Positions 60,569 to 64,000 of a stretch of 64,000 bases of DNA are shown here, one piece after another. The translations under genes were made by a program, and so were the position numbers. The DNA is from Candidatus Hydrogenedentota bacterium (lineage in GTDB: Bacteria; Hydrogenedentota; Hydrogenedentia; Hydrogenedentales; SLHB01). The first letter of the stretch is position 1. The number at the start of each line of letters is the position of its first letter. The stretch lies in contig CAVUWV010000008.1 in the NCBI GenBank assembly GCA_963745075.1, positions 320,001 through 384,000 of the forward strand. The letters run 5' to 3'. The notes under the pieces were generated by a model. The model did no database searches. It saw only the letters and a list, made by a program, of their open reading frames with translations, and was not told the origin of the DNA.

Positions 60569-60604
60569 TAATCGTAATCGTAATCGTAATCGTAATCGTA
60601 ATCG
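60569..60604. repeat. Perfect (TAATCG)6 tandem repeat, family D
   Basis: Six exact hexamer copies. Confidence 0.9.
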
Positions 60605-60660
60605 GCCGACCCCATGCGCATAATCCCACCACATACAAAACGCACATGAGCGACACGCCC

Positions 60661-60742
60661 CCGTCATCCTGAGCGAAGCGAAGGATCCCATCACGCCTAC
60701 GCCTATCGGGTCAGAGATCCTTCGCTTCGCTCAGGATGACGG
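60661..60742. repeat. Perfect 27-bp inverted repeat (GTCATCCTGAGCGAAGCGAAGGATC), family G
   Basis: Arms 60661-60687 and 60716-60742. Confidence 0.85.
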
Positions 60743-60773
60743 TTACGCGTGTGGGAAACAGGGGAGAGCAGTC

Positions 60774-61289
60774 ATGGAACTCAACGCATCAACATTCCGG
60801 CTTCGACCTTGGCGCCTGAACGATGCGGAGTCGCTGGTCGCACACGCCGACAACCCCCGAATCGCCAATAACCTCGGCGACGCCTTCCCCTCGCCGTACA
60901 CCGATGCCGATGCCCGCGAATGGCTGGAAGCCCGGGCAAAAGACGAACCGCCAATCTGCGCATTTGCCATCGACACTGACGATGCGGCCGTCGGCGGTAT
61001 CGGCCTGATGCTGAACGACGGTCCCAAACGCATCGCCGCGGAAATGGGGTATTGGCTGGGCGAATCGTTCTGGGGCCGCGGCATCGGCACCGAAGCGGTG
61101 AGGCTGATGACGCAATACGCCTTCGACACGTTTCACCTGCGCCGTCTCGAAGCGCGCGTCTTTCCGTGGAACCCCGGCTCCATGCGCGTGCTGAAGAAGA
61201 ATGGGTTTATCTTCGAAACCCGCCTACGTAACATCCAGCTCAAGGGCGACGAACCGGTGGATATGCTGCTGTTTGCGATCGTGCGGTAA
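60774..61289 (+). CDS. GNAT (RimJ/RimL) N-acetyltransferase
   Basis: LRPW, FPSPYT, EMGYWLGESFWGRGIGT, NPGSMRVLKKNGF. Confidence 0.9.
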   Translation: MELNASTFRLRPWRLNDAESLVAHADNPRIANNLGDAFPSPYTDADAREWLEARAKDEPPICAFAIDTDDAAVGGIGLMLNDGPKRIAAEMGYWLGESFWGRGIGTEAVRLMTQYAFDTFHLRRLEARVFPWNPGSMRVLKKNGFIFETRLRNIQLKGDEPVDMLLFAIVR

Positions 61290-61333
61290 CCTATCGAGCA
61301 CTCGTGACGCCCGTGTTAGGTCTGGTAGTAGAA

Positions 61334-61687
61334 TCAGCCCGCACCCGACCCATTCCCGTCGTGCCGGTACACGGCCACCTGAATGTTTTCGATGGTGACC
61401 AGACCATTGGTTACCATCGCATTCAAATCCGGCAAGAACGCCTCGATGTTTTCCTTCGAATCGACAATCTCGACAACCAACGGTAAGTCCTCCGACAACC
61501 GCAGAATCTTTGCGGTATGCACCCGGCTGTTCTTGCCGAATCCCATCATCCCCCGGACCACCGTCGCGCCCGCCATTCCCCGTTTGCGAGCCTCCAACAC
61601 GATAACCTCGTACAACGGGCGATGATGGACCTTGTCGCTCTCCCCGATAAAGATGCGAAGCAGTTGAGCCTCCTGCGGGATTTCCAT
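61334..61687 (-). CDS. DUF190 PII-like protein
   Basis: LLRIFIGESD, AGATVVRGMMGFG, LSEDLPLVVEIVD; typical partner of crcB. Confidence 0.92.
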   Translation of the reverse strand: MEIPQEAQLLRIFIGESDKVHHRPLYEVIVLEARKRGMAGATVVRGMMGFGKNSRVHTAKILRLSEDLPLVVEIVDSKENIEAFLPDLNAMVTNGLVTIENIQVAVYRHDGNGSGAG

Positions 61688-61748
61688 AATTGACTCCTTC
61701 TTCCTTGACGAGGGCGTTACTCGTGACCCATCGCGCCCTGCGCCAACC

Positions 61749-61990
61749 AAATTCTAAATCCGAATCCCGAAATCCGAAACAAATCCAAATGATCGAAATT
61801 CCAATCACCAAAACGGTGCGCAGAACTCATGATTGGGAGACCGTTCTGTCGTTACCCGCATTCAGGGACCACAGCATATACACAAGAACCCGATATCCCG
61901 AAGTCCGGCCTATAGTGTCTTTGGGTTTTGGTCATTCGGTATTAGAACATTCAAATTTGTTTCGGATTTCGTGCTTCGAGTTTCGGATTT
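61749..61990. repeat. Family C inverted arms between crcB and DUF190
   Basis: 61749-61814 and 61925-61990 are imperfect reverse complements built from 7-nt units. Confidence 0.75.
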
Positions 61991-61997
61991 CATCTAA

Positions 61998-62375
61998 TCA
62001 AATCGTTCTGCCTACGGCAATACCCAGGAAAAGCGCCCCGATGCCCGCGACGACTTGGAGCATCACATTTCCACACGCGGCCAGCAATTCCGAGTCCGCC
62101 AGCAGTTGGCCCGTTTCCGACGCAAACGTGGAAAAGGTGGTAAAGGCCCCCATGAACCCCACCAACAGCACCGTCCGTGTATCACTGCCGAGCCACCCCC
62201 GCTCCGCAGACGTCGTCCATACCATACCAAACAGGAAGCAGCCCAGCAGATTTACGACCGCCGTCCCCCAGGGGAACCCGGCCCCAAGATAGCGTTGCAC
62301 CGCCCCCGCCATGCCGTATCGCGCCAGGGCCCCCATGCCGCCACCCATCGCAATCAACATCAACTTCTGTAACAT
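61998..62375 (-). CDS. crcB: Fluoride channel Fluc
   Basis: GGGMGALARY, FPWGT-x-x-VN, GFMGAFTTFSTF. Confidence 0.96.
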   Translation of the reverse strand: MLQKLMLIAMGGGMGALARYGMAGAVQRYLGAGFPWGTAVVNLLGCFLFGMVWTTSAERGWLGSDTRTVLLVGFMGAFTTFSTFASETGQLLADSELLAACGNVMLQVVAGIGALFLGIAVGRTI

Positions 62376-62624
62376 CTATCATTCTCCTTCAACCATCGTC
62401 CTATGGAATACAGGCCGACCTTCCCCCTGCGGTGCGCGAAGTCTGACGTCGCGCACCATAGGGGGCGATGTGATAGTGTGGCCTAAATGCCTGTAAATCA
62501 GTGGATTACATCACGATAGAGTCGTTGCGGAAGATTCCCGCTCGCGGCGGGACCGCTCGTCTCCATCCGAACACCTCCACGGCCGTTGCGTCCCGTCAGT
62601 GTTCCGGAGCTGCCCAGACATGAC

Positions 62625-62650
62625 AAAACTCCTGCGGGACCCGCAGGAGT
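62625..62650 (-). terminator. Riboswitch expression-platform terminator
   Basis: ACTCCTGCGG-GTC-CCGCAGGAGT hairpin plus TTTT on the minus strand, overlapping the 3' end of the aptamer. Confidence 0.75.
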
Positions 62651-62695
62651 CATCAGCCTGAACGCGGCGGTCATCGGGGGGACTCCATCCCCAAT
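62643..62695 (-). ncRNA. Fluoride riboswitch (crcB motif)
   Basis: Minus strand GGGGATGGAGTCCCCC...ACCGCC...GGCTGATGACTCCTGC matches the consensus, including the GGAG/CTCC pseudoknot; lies upstream of crcB. Confidence 0.92.
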
Positions 62696-62707
62696 AGCTT
62701 GGCACAC

Positions 62708-62736
62708 ACTATACCATGCTGGGATCGTACAGGCAA
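62708..62736 (-). promoter_or_regulatory. Sigma70 promoter of the fluoride riboswitch/crcB transcript
   Basis: TTGCCT-N17-TATAGT with extended -10 TG, about 12 nt upstream of the aptamer. Confidence 0.65.
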
Positions 62737-63015
62737 GCCGCTGCTCCCGGGAACCGTCAAATCCCGCCGCGCGGGCTGCTCCGAATTGAATGCTCCGGTG
62801 AGAATATGCTATAAATAGCGAGCTTCTGCGCACGCAGAGGGGATCCTTTCTGGCGCGCCTTTGTTTGAGATGACGGCCGTTCCCGGCTGGTCTGGACTTC
62901 TCGCACGCACATGGGACCGCTCACGGAGCGAACGTCGACGCCAAAGTTTCCCGGCATTTAACAATTTAACCGCGTTATTTACGGTGTGCGTGCGCGAAAT
63001 CCGGATTAGGAATTT

Positions 63016-63771
63016 ATGGAAAAACCCCTAATCCTCGTAACAAACGACGACGGTATCCAGGCCCCTGGGCTGGCGATTCTCGTCGAAGCATTGGATGCGT
63101 TGGGCGACGTGTGGGTCTATGCCCCCGACCGCCAGCAAAGCGCGGTGGGGCACGGCGTTTCCCTGCACCGGCCCTTGCGCGTGCACGAAGTGCGCGAGCG
63201 CTGGTACATGGTGGACGGAACGCCTACCGACTGCGTCATGTTGGCGGTGCGGGACTTGCTCGCACGCAAGCCCGATCTCGTGGTGTCCGGCATCAACCCG
63301 GGCGCCAATCTGGGCGACGACGTGACCTACTCGGGAACCGTCGCCGGCGCGTATGAAGGCATGTTGCTGGGTATCCGCTCGTTTGCGGTGTCCGACGTGT
63401 CGTACACGCCCGCGCATCTGGATACGGCGGGACGGGTTGCTCGCCACGTGGCGGGGCTGGTGCTGAAAGAAGGGTTGCCCAAGGACACCGTCCTGAACGT
63501 GAACGTCCCCGACGTTCCCTATGACGTATTGAACGGAATGGCCATTACAAAGATGGGTCGCCGCGATTATCAGGACGATATCGTCCGCCGCGAAGACCCC
63601 CGGGGCGGCGCCTACTACTGGATTGGCGGCGCGGAACCCAGTCACGTGGAAGAAGAAGGTACGGACTTCGAAGCCATCGAGCATCGGAGAGTCAGCGTCA
63701 CGCCGCTTCATCGCGACGTTACCAACTATGGGGCGCTGCGCGTGTTGAACGACTGGAGTGGGTCGCTCTAA
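63016..63771 (+). CDS. surE: 5'/3'-nucleotidase SurE
   Basis: ILVTNDDG, DGTPTDCV, SGINPGANLG, YSGTV. Confidence 0.97.
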   Translation: MEKPLILVTNDDGIQAPGLAILVEALDALGDVWVYAPDRQQSAVGHGVSLHRPLRVHEVRERWYMVDGTPTDCVMLAVRDLLARKPDLVVSGINPGANLGDDVTYSGTVAGAYEGMLLGIRSFAVSDVSYTPAHLDTAGRVARHVAGLVLKEGLPKDTVLNVNVPDVPYDVLNGMAITKMGRRDYQDDIVRREDPRGGAYYWIGGAEPSHVEEEGTDFEAIEHRRVSVTPLHRDVTNYGALRVLNDWSGSL

Positions 63772-63810
63772 GCCTGCCCATGTCCCCCGGGGTTGGAGAA
63801 GGGAACGTTC

Positions 63811-64000
63811 GTGAAGTTGCTCCGAAGGCTCTATGACTGGGTCCTGAAGTGGGCCACCACGCCCTATGGCGTTCTGGCGCTTTTCTTCGTCGCCGTCGCG
63901 GAATCGAGCGTGTTCCCGATTCCCCCGGATGTGTTGCTGATCGCCCTGTGCCTTGGCAATCGCAACCGCTGGGTGTGGTTTGCGTCCGTGAGCACGCTGG
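63811..64000 (+). CDS. YqaA/DedA (VTT) family membrane protein, 3' truncated by window
   Basis: GTG start; LRRLYDWV...AESSVFPIPPDVLL. Confidence 0.85.
   Translation, partial: MKLLRRLYDWVLKWATTPYGVLALFFVAVAESSVFPIPPDVLLIALCLGNRNRWVWFASVSTL

Noticed and set aside
60569..60604. CRISPR array or phase-variation tract
   Set aside because: No spacers or cas genes; it is intergenic and belongs to dispersed repeat family D.
62461..62515. Second, antisense fluoride riboswitch starting GGCGATG
   Set aside because: Lacks the P1 pairing and the GCTRATGAC 3' motif.

Overview
High-GC bacterial chromosomal window. Gene content (many secreted glycoside-hydrolase-like proteins, a sulfatase, and ECF-sigma and BlaR1 fusions to carboxypeptidase-regulatory-like repeats) resembles Candidatus Hydrogenedentota or PVC-like bacteria; this assignment is inference only. 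Housekeeping blocks are queC, rpsF-ssb-rpsR-DUF2232-rplI-dnaB, dapA-dapB, rpsD-mfd and surE-yqaA. Accessory genes include an ECF-type Ni/Co transporter operon with a NikR-like operator, a fluoride riboswitch-crcB-DUF190 unit, a BlaI/BlaR1 pair with a tandem operator, and a membrane-anchored ECF sigma factor. The most unusual element is an apparently intact two-gene terminase module (small helical protein plus large terminase with ATPase and RNase H-like motifs, 12006-14043) between dapB and a lipoprotein hydrolase, with no other phage gene in the 64 kb. Many intergenic gaps hold REP/REPIN-like or short periodic repeats (about 10 families), and one family occurs in frame inside two proteins. 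About ten accessory genes are frameshifted, most likely from long-read indel errors that often fall at CCGG or GGA[T]CG contexts. No rRNA, tRNA, CRISPR array, integrase or transposase was found.
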